DNA of 64,000 nt from an uncultured Gammaproteobacteria bacterium. GTDB lineage: Bacteria; Patescibacteriota; Microgenomatia; UBA8517. Below are positions 9,914-19,597 of this stretch, piece by piece. Made by a program: the position numbers and the translations under genes. The stretch is taken from assembly GCA_964568925.1 (NCBI GenBank), contig CAZMSJ010000001.1, positions 1,115 to 65,114 of the forward strand. The letters run 5' to 3'. The notes under the pieces were generated by a model, which made no database searches, was not told where the DNA came from, and worked only from the letters and a program-made list of their open reading frames with translations. Numbering within the stretch: the stretch's first letter is position 1; each line of letters starts with the position of its first letter.

Positions 9914-12370
9914 TTATCTCCAACTTGGAAGCCAGTAATACGATTCGTTTAACCAGAGAGGAACAGGGAGACCAGTTAATCGTGGGAAGAAATACAAGAA
10001 CACAACGCCAGCAATAATTAAGAATGGAAGTATGAGTTTTGGTGAACGAGATAGACAATAGGCAAGACTAATACAAAGGAACGGAACAGCTGGAAAATAA
10101 TGATACAAAAACATAATACGAGGAGAGAATGCCCATGGCATAAACAGACCTGCATAGGACGCAACTACGAGTGCCGCGGACTTACTTTTGTCCTTCAATG
10201 CATACCAGGACGTAAGAAAGATTGACGCCAATCCTCCCCAAAAGATAATCGGATTCCCCATCGCATAAATATTTGAAATAACACCATTATGTTCACCACT
10301 GGTGTAGAGCCAAATTGGTCGACCTAATACTGGCCAACTCCACCACGGAGAACTGAATGGATGAGTTGCAACAAGTCCGGTGTGATACCACCAAATTTGT
10401 TTCTGCATTCCCCAAAAAATATCGAACGTATGTCCCGAGGTAAACATAAAGAGATATGAACCAATGTAGATGGCAACGGGAATAATAAGGAACGAGAGAT
10501 ATGAAATTTTTATTCTTTTTTGTTTCAGAATAAAGGTGACAACAAGGATTGGTAGCAACCACAACGTCGTCCATTTTGCAGAAGCTGCTAAACCTAATGC
10601 GATTGAAGCAAACACAATTTTATTTTTCAAAAATAAAATAATTGTAAGAAGCAGGAAGAAGACGAGATAGATATCATTCATTCCAATACGACTTAAGACT
10701 AGGGCCAAACCATCGAGACTAAAGAGAAATGCAGCAAGTAACGCAACCTTTTCTTTCTTAAATAATTCCTTTGTTAGGGCATAGACCAAATACACACTCC
10801 CCGTTCCAAAAAGTGCAGCAGGCAAACGCCATCCAAAACTTGTTTCCCCTACCAAAACCATCGACATAACCATCGCAAGTTTTGCAAACGGTGGATGGGT
10901 CCATTCATATGCAAACCCTTCAGGACTTTCATTCCACCATTCCCACACCTTTATATTTCCATGCAACATTTGTCGAGCTGTGAAAGCATGGTATACCTCA
11001 TCAAAGTATTCATGTTCAGGAGATACCAGAGCAAATAAACGGGTAGACAACGCCCACACAAGAATCACTACAAGGAGAATTTTTGCCGTCTTGTTTGAAA
11101 TATCTTTCGCAAAAACTTTTGGCTCAGGGCTTGAAAGGAATGCTTTAACGTAGCCTACCAAACCGCCGACACGACTGGCTTTGATAAAGCCAATAAAAGA
11201 CTTTGTTTTTTCTTCTTGCAAGACAATCACAAGAGACATGATATTAAGCAAAATAAAAAAGAAAATGAGAAGCGGTGAATAGCTCTCTTTAAAATTCTCT
11301 GTAATCCAGATAAAGGCATAGTTCATATTTGCGATGTATACAAAAGACAACAGCACATAGGAGATTAAAAGCTCTGTGGAAATTGCAGCCAGTGGAGCAA
11401 GTGCCACTATTGCTGGAAGTAAATGTCTCTCATGCATACGAGTGAAGAATAAAAAGTTTGCGAGAAACAGGAGGACAAGCATTTTTATTGATGACAATTG
11501 TCGATCTCCCTTTTGTTTACGAAATTGTATGTAGCCAACAAGAGACACAAGACCAAACAGCAAGTAGCCCAAGTATTTATTGGTAAACAGGCTTGCTCCT
11601 TCTGGTTTCCAAAATCCAAAGAGCCCCCAAAAATTAAATGCGTTTACACTTCCATATGGATATTGGTTTAGGGTTACACCAAGTCGTTCAAAGATAAACG
11701 TGACGATGTTTTGTCCATTTGAAAATGGGAAAAACAAAAGGAGGAGAACCCCCGTTGCAACGAGGACAAAAACAATCTTTTGTTTAAAACTTTTTTGTAA
11801 AAAGAGGGGAAGAAGAACCAAACCAGTTAACGCCGCTTGTGGTTTTATTGCGGAACCAATTGAAAGAAAGATTGCTGAGAGAATTACACTTGATTCAAAA
11901 CTCACGACACTTGCTAAGGAAAACAGAACGGTCAAAATATCAACTTGTCCCCACAGAGTAGAGTTAGCAATCGTTGCTGGGTTAAACCATACAAGAACAG
12001 CACCAAACAATGCTTTGTCTGGATACTTTTTCTTCAAGATATAGTAGGTCGTTAAACCAGCAAATATGTCTGCCGTAATTGCTGGCAATTTATATAAAAC
12101 TACCGTTGGTATTCCGATTGACTCGATGCCAGACAGAAATGACAAGACATATAAATATCCAGGCAAGTAATCACTCCAACTGGTGTAAAACATTGAAAAG
12201 CCATTCGTGGTAAGTGAATGTGCCCATGCAATAAACGTATTTTGATCTAGTAGCAGGGTCCCAAACTGTGCAAGTATAATGCGAAGCATGAAGGCACTAA
12301 TGGCGAGCAAAAAGACCCGGAGGATAGTAGGTCCGCTTGTTGTTTTTTTCTTCTTTTTCATCATATTCAA
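9914..12370 (-). CDS. Large polytopic membrane glycosyltransferase, GT39/GT83 (PMT/ArnT)-like, apparently two fused membrane modules
   Basis: 818 aa with >20 predicted TM segments. YxxxA/DE-rich loops typical of lipid-linked sugar transferases. 5' end overlaps the divergent gene 12279..13478, so the exact start is uncertain. Confidence 0.45.
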   Translation of the reverse strand: MNMMKKKKKTTSGPTILRVFLLAISAFMLRIILAQFGTLLLDQNTFIAWAHSLTTNGFSMFYTSWSDYLPGYLYVLSFLSGIESIGIPTVVLYKLPAITADIFAGLTTYYILKKKYPDKALFGAVLVWFNPATIANSTLWGQVDILTVLFSLASVVSFESSVILSAIFLSIGSAIKPQAALTGLVLLPLFLQKSFKQKIVFVLVATGVLLLLFFPFSNGQNIVTFIFERLGVTLNQYPYGSVNAFNFWGLFGFWKPEGASLFTNKYLGYLLFGLVSLVGYIQFRKQKGDRQLSSIKMLVLLFLANFLFFTRMHERHLLPAIVALAPLAAISTELLISYVLLSFVYIANMNYAFIWITENFKESYSPLLIFFFILLNIMSLVIVLQEEKTKSFIGFIKASRVGGLVGYVKAFLSSPEPKVFAKDISNKTAKILLVVILVWALSTRLFALVSPEHEYFDEVYHAFTARQMLHGNIKVWEWWNESPEGFAYEWTHPPFAKLAMVMSMVLVGETSFGWRLPAALFGTGSVYLVYALTKELFKKEKVALLAAFLFSLDGLALVLSRIGMNDIYLVFFLLLTIILFLKNKIVFASIALGLAASAKWTTLWLLPILVVTFILKQKRIKISYLSFLIIPVAIYIGSYLFMFTSGHTFDIFWGMQKQIWWYHTGLVATHPFSSPWWSWPVLGRPIWLYTSGEHNGVISNIYAMGNPIIFWGGLASIFLTSWYALKDKSKSAALVVASYAGLFMPWAFSPRIMFLYHYFPAVPFLCISLAYCLSRSPKLILPFLIIAGVVFLYFFPRLTGLPVPLWLNESYYWLPSWR

Positions 12371-13478
12371 ACTTACGTCTGGTGGCGATACTCCATATAA
12401 CTATTTTGTGAGATTAGCTGACGCCTTTGCTCATGGCCGATTATACCTCAAGAATAGTGAACCATGGTTATCGGAATTAATTCCAACAGATTCAGGTTAC
12501 TTTGTACCATATTCTCCATTTCCTGCAATAATCGCTCTGCCCTTTGTTTTCCTCTTTGGTGATTTCTCACAAACAACAATAACAAACCTTGTTGGTGCAA
12601 CGATTCCCCTTTCGATGTATCTACTCGGACGAAGAAAGGGTATGAATGCTTCTTCTCTCGTCTTCCTTACGCTCTTAACTGGTATTGGTACGATCCTTTG
12701 GTTTGAGTCAGCGGTTGGTTCAACTTGGTACTTTGGACAAGTAACGGCCGCTGCATGTCTTATGTGGGCAATATACGCGGCTACTACACAAAAATTCCCA
12801 CTCCTTGTTGGTGCACTTGTCGGAGCTGCATATATGTCGAGAGTTCACACCATTTTCTCACTTCCCTTTTTTGTCTATCTTTTAAAAGATGTTTTCTATA
12901 AAGAAAACAAAATACAATGGAAACCAGTTTTTCTCTTTGCCACTGGGCTTTCACTTTTTCTCGTCACAAACGCTTGGTATAACTTTGCCCGCTTTGGAGT
13001 TATCTGGGACCGCGGATATCTCTTAATTCCCGGGGTACTTGAAGAACCATGGTTTTCCAAAGGCATCATTCACTACTCCTATATCCCAAAGAACCTTCAT
13101 ACCTTGTTCCTTTCAATGCCAGTAATCATTCAGACACCTCCATACATTCAACCGTCGTGGTTTGGATTATCTATTCTTATTACAACTCCAGTGTTTCTCT
13201 TTGCAATGAAAGCACGAGCAAAAAGATGGGATATACGACTATCCCTCCTTTCGGTTCTTTGTATTGGAACCTTTGTCTTAATGCACGGCAATAACGGGGG
13301 CACTCAGTTCGGAGTGCGATATGCCATCGACTTTTATCCATTCCTCTTTTTTATCTTGATGGACCTCTTTCACACAAAGAAACCATCAACCATAGCTTGG
13401 GTGTTACTGATGATTGGAATACTCATCAATACCTGGGGAGTACTCTGGATCAACTTCTTTCACTGGGTGAGCTTCTAA
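12279..13478 (+). CDS. Membrane glycosyltransferase, GT39/GT83 (ArnT/PMT)-like
   Basis: N-terminal YNYFVRLADAFAHGRLYL, a DE..Y-type motif of ArnT/PMT-family loop 1. About 10 TM segments. Confidence 0.45.
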   Translation: MRSMKALMASKKTRRIVGPLVVFFFFFIIFKLTSGGDTPYNYFVRLADAFAHGRLYLKNSEPWLSELIPTDSGYFVPYSPFPAIIALPFVFLFGDFSQTTITNLVGATIPLSMYLLGRRKGMNASSLVFLTLLTGIGTILWFESAVGSTWYFGQVTAAACLMWAIYAATTQKFPLLVGALVGAAYMSRVHTIFSLPFFVYLLKDVFYKENKIQWKPVFLFATGLSLFLVTNAWYNFARFGVIWDRGYLLIPGVLEEPWFSKGIIHYSYIPKNLHTLFLSMPVIIQTPPYIQPSWFGLSILITTPVFLFAMKARAKRWDIRLSLLSVLCIGTFVLMHGNNGGTQFGVRYAIDFYPFLFFILMDLFHTKKPSTIAWVLLMIGILINTWGVLWINFFHWVSF

Positions 13479-13517
13479 AGGCAAATTGGTTGTACCAAGA
13501 TAAGGAAAGAAGGTACA

Positions 13518-13943
13518 ATGAATATCATGAATCCTGCTGTCCAGGAAGCTGCGTCGACGAGTGCACACGCCGTGCCTCACACTCCGTTTGTCCTCATTGT
13601 TGAGGACGATCTTCTCCTCTCAAAAATGTATGCAGAAAAGTTTGCAATCGATGGATTCTTTACACAAGTTGTCCATGATGGAGAAAGCGCTCTTGCGACG
13701 ATTAAGGCAAAGCTTCCTGATTGTGTACTCCTTGATCTTCACATCCCAAAAATTGATGGCCTTGAAGTAGTAACGAGAGCAAAGGCAGAGCTCGGGGTAA
13801 TTCCGCCCTTTATTGCGCTAACCAACATTGCTGAAAAAGAGAGACGAGACCAAGCAATGGCATTGGGGGTTCGTGAATACTTAATTAAAGCAATGCTTAC
13901 TCCTGAACAGGTTGTGCAGAAGGTGAAGCAAGTATTGAGTTAA
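13518..13943 (+). CDS. Single-domain response regulator (CheY-like receiver)
   Basis: VLIVEDD...LLDLHIPKIDGLEV...ALTN...A is the receiver-domain pattern. The phospho-acceptor Asp is in LLDLHIP. Confidence 0.7.
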   Translation: MNIMNPAVQEAASTSAHAVPHTPFVLIVEDDLLLSKMYAEKFAIDGFFTQVVHDGESALATIKAKLPDCVLLDLHIPKIDGLEVVTRAKAELGVIPPFIALTNIAEKERRDQAMALGVREYLIKAMLTPEQVVQKVKQVLS

Positions 13944-15009
13944 CCCATTCGTGAACACTACTCCAGTTTCCAGCCTTTGGAAGAAAGATAAACTGTTTGT
14001 TTGGTGCCTTTTTTAACGGTGGTGAATAGAGATAGGTGGAGTCAATTACGTGTGTTGCAAGTGTTCCTCTGTTTTTCAGTAAAAACCGAGCAAGGACTGC
14101 CCCTTCTTCAGGCAAAATATCTGTTTCAATTGATGAAAACACCGCATCTCGTACTGCTATGATTCGAGGAATTGAAGTCATCGTCTCAACGGACAAGGCT
14201 TTTGATTGAATTGCTGAGATAACTTCTTGCTGCCGCGCTGCTCGTGCAAGATCATTCCCTTCATTGGGGTCAAGAGAGTGCCGGGAGCGGACATATTTTA
14301 AGGCAGTAACACCATCCATATGAGTAACCCCTTGGCTAAAAGTAATTGTTTCGTATCGACAAGCAAACGTTTTGTCCCCGTTACACGGGTCATTCTCTTT
14401 TCCAAAGAGAGGATATCTGTTGTCAGTGAAACCTTTGGAAACAGTAACATCAACCCCACCTAATGCGTCTACTATTCCAATAAAGCCACTGTAATCAAGA
14501 ACTGCCGCATATTGAATTGGGAACCCTACTACTACTCGTGCCTCTTGTTTGGCCAGAGAGAACGCTTCAATACGCCCTTTTTCCCGTCCCACAAGGTATG
14601 CGTGATTAATCTTAGCCTTCAGGGTTTCTGACCAAATATCACGTGGTATAGAGATTAAATTAATGGTGTTTTTCTTCTGATCAAACACAGCAACAATCAT
14701 CGTATCTGTTAAGTTTGGTGTGTCGTTTAAGATGCCACCTCTTCCCAGGAGAAGAATTGCAGTTTTTCCATCAACTTGACTTACACCATAATCAGGCAAG
14801 GTGAGAAATGATGTTAATAACGAGATACCTTGGCCATCAGTTACTTTTTGAAAAAAGAAAACTCCGACAAGAGTGATAACCAGAAGGACCAGCGTTACGC
14901 TCAAAAAAATCTTTTTCCAGAGTCCTGTTCGCGAAACTTTTACTGGTTCAGCTTCTCCCTCTTTGGGTGTGGTAACCTCTTTTGCATGAGATTTTTTCAT
15001 TTTTTTCAT
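13897..15009 (-). CDS. LytR-CpsA-Psr (LCP) family cell-wall glycopolymer transferase
   Basis: TM anchor then LLGRGGILNDTPNLTDTMIVAVFDQKKNTINLISIPRD, the LCP core motif. ORF extends to 15129 but MKKMKK at 15009 is the more plausible start. Confidence 0.7.
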   Translation of the reverse strand: MKKMKKSHAKEVTTPKEGEAEPVKVSRTGLWKKIFLSVTLVLLVITLVGVFFFQKVTDGQGISLLTSFLTLPDYGVSQVDGKTAILLLGRGGILNDTPNLTDTMIVAVFDQKKNTINLISIPRDIWSETLKAKINHAYLVGREKGRIEAFSLAKQEARVVVGFPIQYAAVLDYSGFIGIVDALGGVDVTVSKGFTDNRYPLFGKENDPCNGDKTFACRYETITFSQGVTHMDGVTALKYVRSRHSLDPNEGNDLARAARQQEVISAIQSKALSVETMTSIPRIIAVRDAVFSSIETDILPEEGAVLARFLLKNRGTLATHVIDSTYLYSPPLKKAPNKQFIFLPKAGNWSSVHEWVNSILASPSAQPVQE

Positions 15010-15121
15010 AAGGAGTTCTTCTCGTCTTCTCTCATGATAATTGTACCGTGACAAAAGTGCTTTGCCATAGTCACTGACAAAAAGGTTAGCCAAGTACGAG
15101 AAAACAGTGTATTGTAATTCG

Positions 15122-16942
15122 ATGAGCATAGACCTAACAACACTAAACGAACAACAGAGAAAAGCCGTAACACATGAAGGAAGCCATTTACTCGTTTTAG
15201 CCGGAGCAGGGAGTGGAAAAACACGAGTCCTTACCTTTCGCGCAGCCTACTTACTTGAAGAGAAGAAAGCTGAACCTCAAGAAATGCTTCTGTTAACCTT
15301 TACCAACAAAGCAGCAAAAGAGATGAAGGAACGCATCATGGCATTAACGAGTCACATGCCATACTTTGCAGGTACGTTTCATAGTTTTGCTGTAAAACTT
15401 CTTCGCGTAGAAGGAAAGCACCTTGGACTCTCAGATCACTTCGTGATCTACGACACAGATGACCAAAAGGACCTTATTAAAACAATTCTTGATGATCAGA
15501 ATATTAATCCTGATTCATACAACCCAAATGCACTGCTGGCTCAAATTGGTGAGGCAAAGAATGAAATGATGTCACCGACTGAATATGCAGCAATTGCCAG
15601 AGGAGAGTTTCAAGAAGTAGCTGCACGCGTGTATGCCCTCTATGAGGAGTATTTAAAAAAGGCACAAGCCTTGGACTTTGATGATTTGTTAATCAAGTCA
15701 GTGCAATTACTTTCAGACCACAAAGAAGTGAGAGATCGATGGCAAAACAGATTGAAGTACGTTTTTGTCGACGAATGGCAAGACACCAATAAAATTCAAT
15801 ATAAGCTCGTTAAGTTACTGGTTGGAACAAAAGGATTTGTAACAGCAGTAGGTGACGCCAGTCAATCTATTTATGGATGGCGTGGAGCAGACTATCGAAA
15901 TGTAAATTACATCACCCGTGATTATCCAAACATTACGGTTATAAACATGGAACAGAACTACCGTTCAACCCAAACAATCCTCACGGCAGCAAACGCTATT
16001 ATTTCAAAAAACACCAGTCACCCAATCTTGGACTTATGGACTGAGAATGCACAAGGGGAACGAATCAAACTCTACAAGGCTGAAAGTGGACTTACAGAAG
16101 CAAGCTTTGTTGTTAAAAAAATTAAGGAGTTGGTTAAAACTGGTTACACCTATCAAGATGTTGCAGTTTTATATAGAACAAACTCACAATCTCGTGTCAT
16201 TGAAGAGTCGCTCTTGCATGATGGTATTCCCTACACCCTCGTTGGTGGTACAAAGTTTTATGAGCGCGCTGAAATCCGAGATGTCTTATGCTACTTACGG
16301 CTCTTAACAAACCCGAGTGACACTGTCTCCCGTGCACGAGCTGAGAAAATTGGTAAAAAGAGACTTGCTGCTTTTGAGGAATATCAAAAGAAGGCTGATA
16401 TCACAAAATCAACAATCACCCTCTTAGATGATGTAATTCGAGTAACGACTTACCTTGATAAATTTGCTCGTGATAGTGAAGAGAATCAAAGTAGACTAGA
16501 AAACATTAAAGAACTTCGATCAGTTGCATCAGAGTTTCCTATTATTTTGGAATTTTTAGAAAACGTTGCCTTAGTTGAAGCACAGGAAACAAAACATGCT
16601 GATGACCAAAATGCAGTGACGTTAATGACGTTGCACTCGGCAAAGGGTCTCGAGTTTCCAGTTGTCTTTATGGTTGGAATGGAAGAAGGGTTGTTCCCTC
16701 ATTCCCGAGCATTGTGGGACACCAATCAACTGGAAGAAGAACGTCGACTTGCCTACGTCGGGATAACACGAGCAAAAGAAGTACTATTTTTAACCTATGC
16801 AGACAGGCGTCTCTACTTTGGACAGAGATCCAGTAACCCACCATCTCGATTTTTAATCGACCTTCCACAAAAGTTGGTTGATGCCTCAGAAAATTTCACA
16901 CGAGTTAAGCCTTCATACGACTTTGAAAACGAAGGGTACTAA
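15122..16942 (+). CDS. ATP-dependent DNA helicase, UvrD/PcrA/Rep family
   Basis: Walker A GAGSGKTRVLT. Motif II VDEWQDTN. Motif V/VI TLHSAKGLEFPVVFMVG...RLAYVGITRAK. Confidence 0.8.
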   Translation: MSIDLTTLNEQQRKAVTHEGSHLLVLAGAGSGKTRVLTFRAAYLLEEKKAEPQEMLLLTFTNKAAKEMKERIMALTSHMPYFAGTFHSFAVKLLRVEGKHLGLSDHFVIYDTDDQKDLIKTILDDQNINPDSYNPNALLAQIGEAKNEMMSPTEYAAIARGEFQEVAARVYALYEEYLKKAQALDFDDLLIKSVQLLSDHKEVRDRWQNRLKYVFVDEWQDTNKIQYKLVKLLVGTKGFVTAVGDASQSIYGWRGADYRNVNYITRDYPNITVINMEQNYRSTQTILTAANAIISKNTSHPILDLWTENAQGERIKLYKAESGLTEASFVVKKIKELVKTGYTYQDVAVLYRTNSQSRVIEESLLHDGIPYTLVGGTKFYERAEIRDVLCYLRLLTNPSDTVSRARAEKIGKKRLAAFEEYQKKADITKSTITLLDDVIRVTTYLDKFARDSEENQSRLENIKELRSVASEFPIILEFLENVALVEAQETKHADDQNAVTLMTLHSAKGLEFPVVFMVGMEEGLFPHSRALWDTNQLEEERRLAYVGITRAKEVLFLTYADRRLYFGQRSSNPPSRFLIDLPQKLVDASENFTRVKPSYDFENEGY

Positions 16943-16946
16943 AAAG

Positions 16947-16970
16947 CCCCTCCGGGCTAACCCGGAGAGG
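16947..16970. terminator. GC-rich hairpin after uvrD-like gene
   Basis: cctccggg-ctaa-cccggagg stem with an A/T run on the 5' side. Could terminate either strand. Confidence 0.35.
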
Positions 16971-17345
16971 AGAGACATGCATGAGCTTCTTCTAACAATT
17001 TTTTCAGTTCAGACGACAAATGTGGTTCGTATACCTCGCCAACATATACGTCTGCCATAGGCACCTGGTGTGGACTATATAAATCTACCCACCAAACATC
17101 ATCGATAAATACCTGAATCGTACAATTTTCTTGCCAGCACCTGAGAATTTTTCCAAGCTTTTGAATAGGAATTGGGTGTCCTTGTTTGTGAAACCAAAGG
17201 GAAACAACAACTATATAGGCAACAACCTCAATATCTGAAAGCCACATCGCATTAAGCTCCTTTCAGTGCAGTTTCAACAAGTATAGAGGCTGACATAGCC
17301 AAACACAAGCTATAGGTGAAAACTGATCGTGTTAGAATAATTTCA

Positions 17346-18281
17346 ATGACTGTTACGAAAGAAGAACTAAACGCAGTAGCTACACACCCATTGCAAACAT
17401 GGGAATGGGGTGAGTTCCGAAAAAAGTGGGGCAACCAGGTTGTTCAATTCCCATTTGGCCAGTTGACCGTCCACAAACTTCCCATCCTTCCGTTCTCAGT
17501 TGCCATTTTTGAGCGTGGAACAAAACCGACAAGCGAAATACTTACAACATTAAAAGAGTATGCCAAAAAGCATCAAATTCTCTTTATTAAGCTTGAACCA
17601 AACATAGAACAAGACAGCGAAACGGTGAAGCTACTTACCTCCTTTGGTGCAGTTGCCGGCAAGACACTGTTTACCCCAACTACTTTTCTTCTTGATATAA
17701 CCAAGTCTGAAGAACAGCTACTTCAAAGTTTTCACCCGAAAACTCGATATAACATTCGATTAGCTTCCAAAAAAGGAGTAGTGGTCTCCGTTGATAACAG
17801 TGAAAAAGCATTTGAAACGTATTGGAAGTTAACTAAGGAGACGACAAAAAGACAAGGATTTTATGCACACACAAAGAGATACCACGAACTCATGTGGAAT
17901 ACATTGCACCCTGCTGGAATTGCACATTTGTTAACAGCTACCTATGAAGGCGAGACACTAGCCACATGGGTACTGTTTTTATGGAAAGATACCCTCTATT
18001 ACCCATATGGGGCATCAACTGATACTCATAAAAATGTAATGGCCCCAAACCTCATGATGTGGGAAGCAATTCGATTTGGGAAAAAGCATCATGCAAAAAC
18101 ATTTGATCTGTGGGGACGAGAACCTGGGAAAGGATTTACAAAATTTAAAGAAGGATATAACCCAGAAATATTTACCTTTATTGGAACGTGGGACCTTGTT
18201 TGTTCTCCATTGTATTGGCTCTACCGGGCTGCCGAATATCTTCGATGGAAACTTCTCAAATTAAAGGCAAAGGCACACTAA
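17346..18281 (+). CDS. FemAB-family peptidoglycan interpeptide-bridge aminoacyltransferase-like protein
   Basis: Size, tandem arrangement and a GNAT-like core (WEWGEFRKKWG...YAHTKRYHELMWN) resemble FemX/FemAB proteins. Assignment from memory of family features. Confidence 0.5.
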   Translation: MTVTKEELNAVATHPLQTWEWGEFRKKWGNQVVQFPFGQLTVHKLPILPFSVAIFERGTKPTSEILTTLKEYAKKHQILFIKLEPNIEQDSETVKLLTSFGAVAGKTLFTPTTFLLDITKSEEQLLQSFHPKTRYNIRLASKKGVVVSVDNSEKAFETYWKLTKETTKRQGFYAHTKRYHELMWNTLHPAGIAHLLTATYEGETLATWVLFLWKDTLYYPYGASTDTHKNVMAPNLMMWEAIRFGKKHHAKTFDLWGREPGKGFTKFKEGYNPEIFTFIGTWDLVCSPLYWLYRAAEYLRWKLLKLKAKAH

Positions 18282-18302
18282 TACACAATCTGACTTGAGA
18301 GT

Positions 18303-19109
18303 ATGGATATTAGACAAACGAAAACATATGGAGCCTTTTTAACCGGTATTGGGTGGAAGGTAAAAAGGGAAAAAGGTACACAGATCTTTTTTAAAAAAAT
18401 CCCCATCATTGGCTCTGCAATGAAAATACAACGAACAGATGATTTTAATATTAAAGACGTACTTACCCTTGCCAAAGAGCATCATGTGTTTCAGATAATC
18501 ATTGAACCAAAGAGTGACCTTCACACGAAAGAACTATCTGAACATGGATTTTCACTTTCAAAAAGCACATTCCTTCCGAGTAAAACTGTTCAAATTAATT
18601 TAGACCAATCACTTCCTTCAATTTTGTCTCATATGAAGAAAGATGCCAGATACTCGATTAAGAAATCGAGCTCTTGTGTCATCAAAGAATGCACTGACAC
18701 CCAAACCTTTCGAAATGCATGGAGACAAGCGGTTGCACACAGACGACATGTACTACCGATGCATGACCTTGACGCTCTGAGAAAGGCATTTGGAAGCGAT
18801 CTGATCTATCTCTTAAATGAAGACCACACTTCAGGTGGAATGTTTTTAAAAGCAGACAAAACTGTCTATTACTGGGCTGGGTTTACAACACAAGGAGCAC
18901 GAAAGACACTTGTGCAGTATCAGGTAATCTGGAAGGCAATTAAGTGGGCTAAGGAGAAGAGGGCAACGACCTTTGATTTTGAAGGGATATACGATGAGAG
19001 ATTCCCCAAAAAAGATTGGCTTGGGTTTACCCATTTTAAAAAAAGTTTTGGAGGAGAAGAAGTTTCTTTTCCTGGGTGTTATACAAAATCAAGAATTCCC
19101 TTCTTTTAA
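18303..19109 (+). CDS. Second FemAB-family-like protein
   Basis: Paralogous organisation directly downstream. Similar size and composition. Confidence 0.45.
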   Translation: MDIRQTKTYGAFLTGIGWKVKREKGTQIFFKKIPIIGSAMKIQRTDDFNIKDVLTLAKEHHVFQIIIEPKSDLHTKELSEHGFSLSKSTFLPSKTVQINLDQSLPSILSHMKKDARYSIKKSSSCVIKECTDTQTFRNAWRQAVAHRRHVLPMHDLDALRKAFGSDLIYLLNEDHTSGGMFLKADKTVYYWAGFTTQGARKTLVQYQVIWKAIKWAKEKRATTFDFEGIYDERFPKKDWLGFTHFKKSFGGEEVSFPGCYTKSRIPFF

Positions 19110-19120
19110 AGCACAAGAAA

Positions 19121-19143
19121 AGGGCCAGCTATGCTGGCCCTTT
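19121..19143 (+). terminator. Hairpin terminator after FemAB-like pair
   Basis: agggccagc-tat-gctggccct, perfect 9-bp stem, then tttggg. Confidence 0.45.
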
Positions 19144-19597
19144 GGGCAAATGGTTTTTAAATAATAATGTTTTAGGCTGCTCAGGTCATAATGACCTCCT
19201 CTTTAATCGGTGTGAGCGGCTTAAGCCGTAGGCAAAAATTTACAAGTAGCCAAGGAAAACCCTAACAAAAAAATCCTTCCTTGCACACCTGTGCATTTCT
19301 TAACGGTAGGAGTACTATATCACCCATCTTATATTTTGTCAAATAGGGATATTTTTTGAGGGTAAAAATAAGGGGAGAGGGGTTGCCTCTCCCAAATTTA
19401 CTGGCTGGAAGCGCTAACACGAAGGTTAAAAAACAAGCTTCCTCGGCCACATACTGCGGCGAATGAGTCCTGTGCGCCTTAACCCTTTATGGTCAACAGA
19501 CTTGGCGTACATTTTGGGATCACCGTCCTTTCATTCACCGGATGATAGGTGTATTTATACGGCCAAGACAGACACACGTCAAGAGTGGAAAACAGAT

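Noticed and set aside
13397-13527. TTGTAC-18-TACAAT promoter overlapping the first ATG of the response regulator
   Set aside because: The -35 is weak and the alternative start is ambiguous. Not listed as a feature.
16957-17247. 96-aa minus-strand ORF after uvrD-like gene
   Set aside because: No RBS or recognisable features, and its 3' end overlaps a hairpin. Kept only as a very low-confidence possibility and not listed as a feature.
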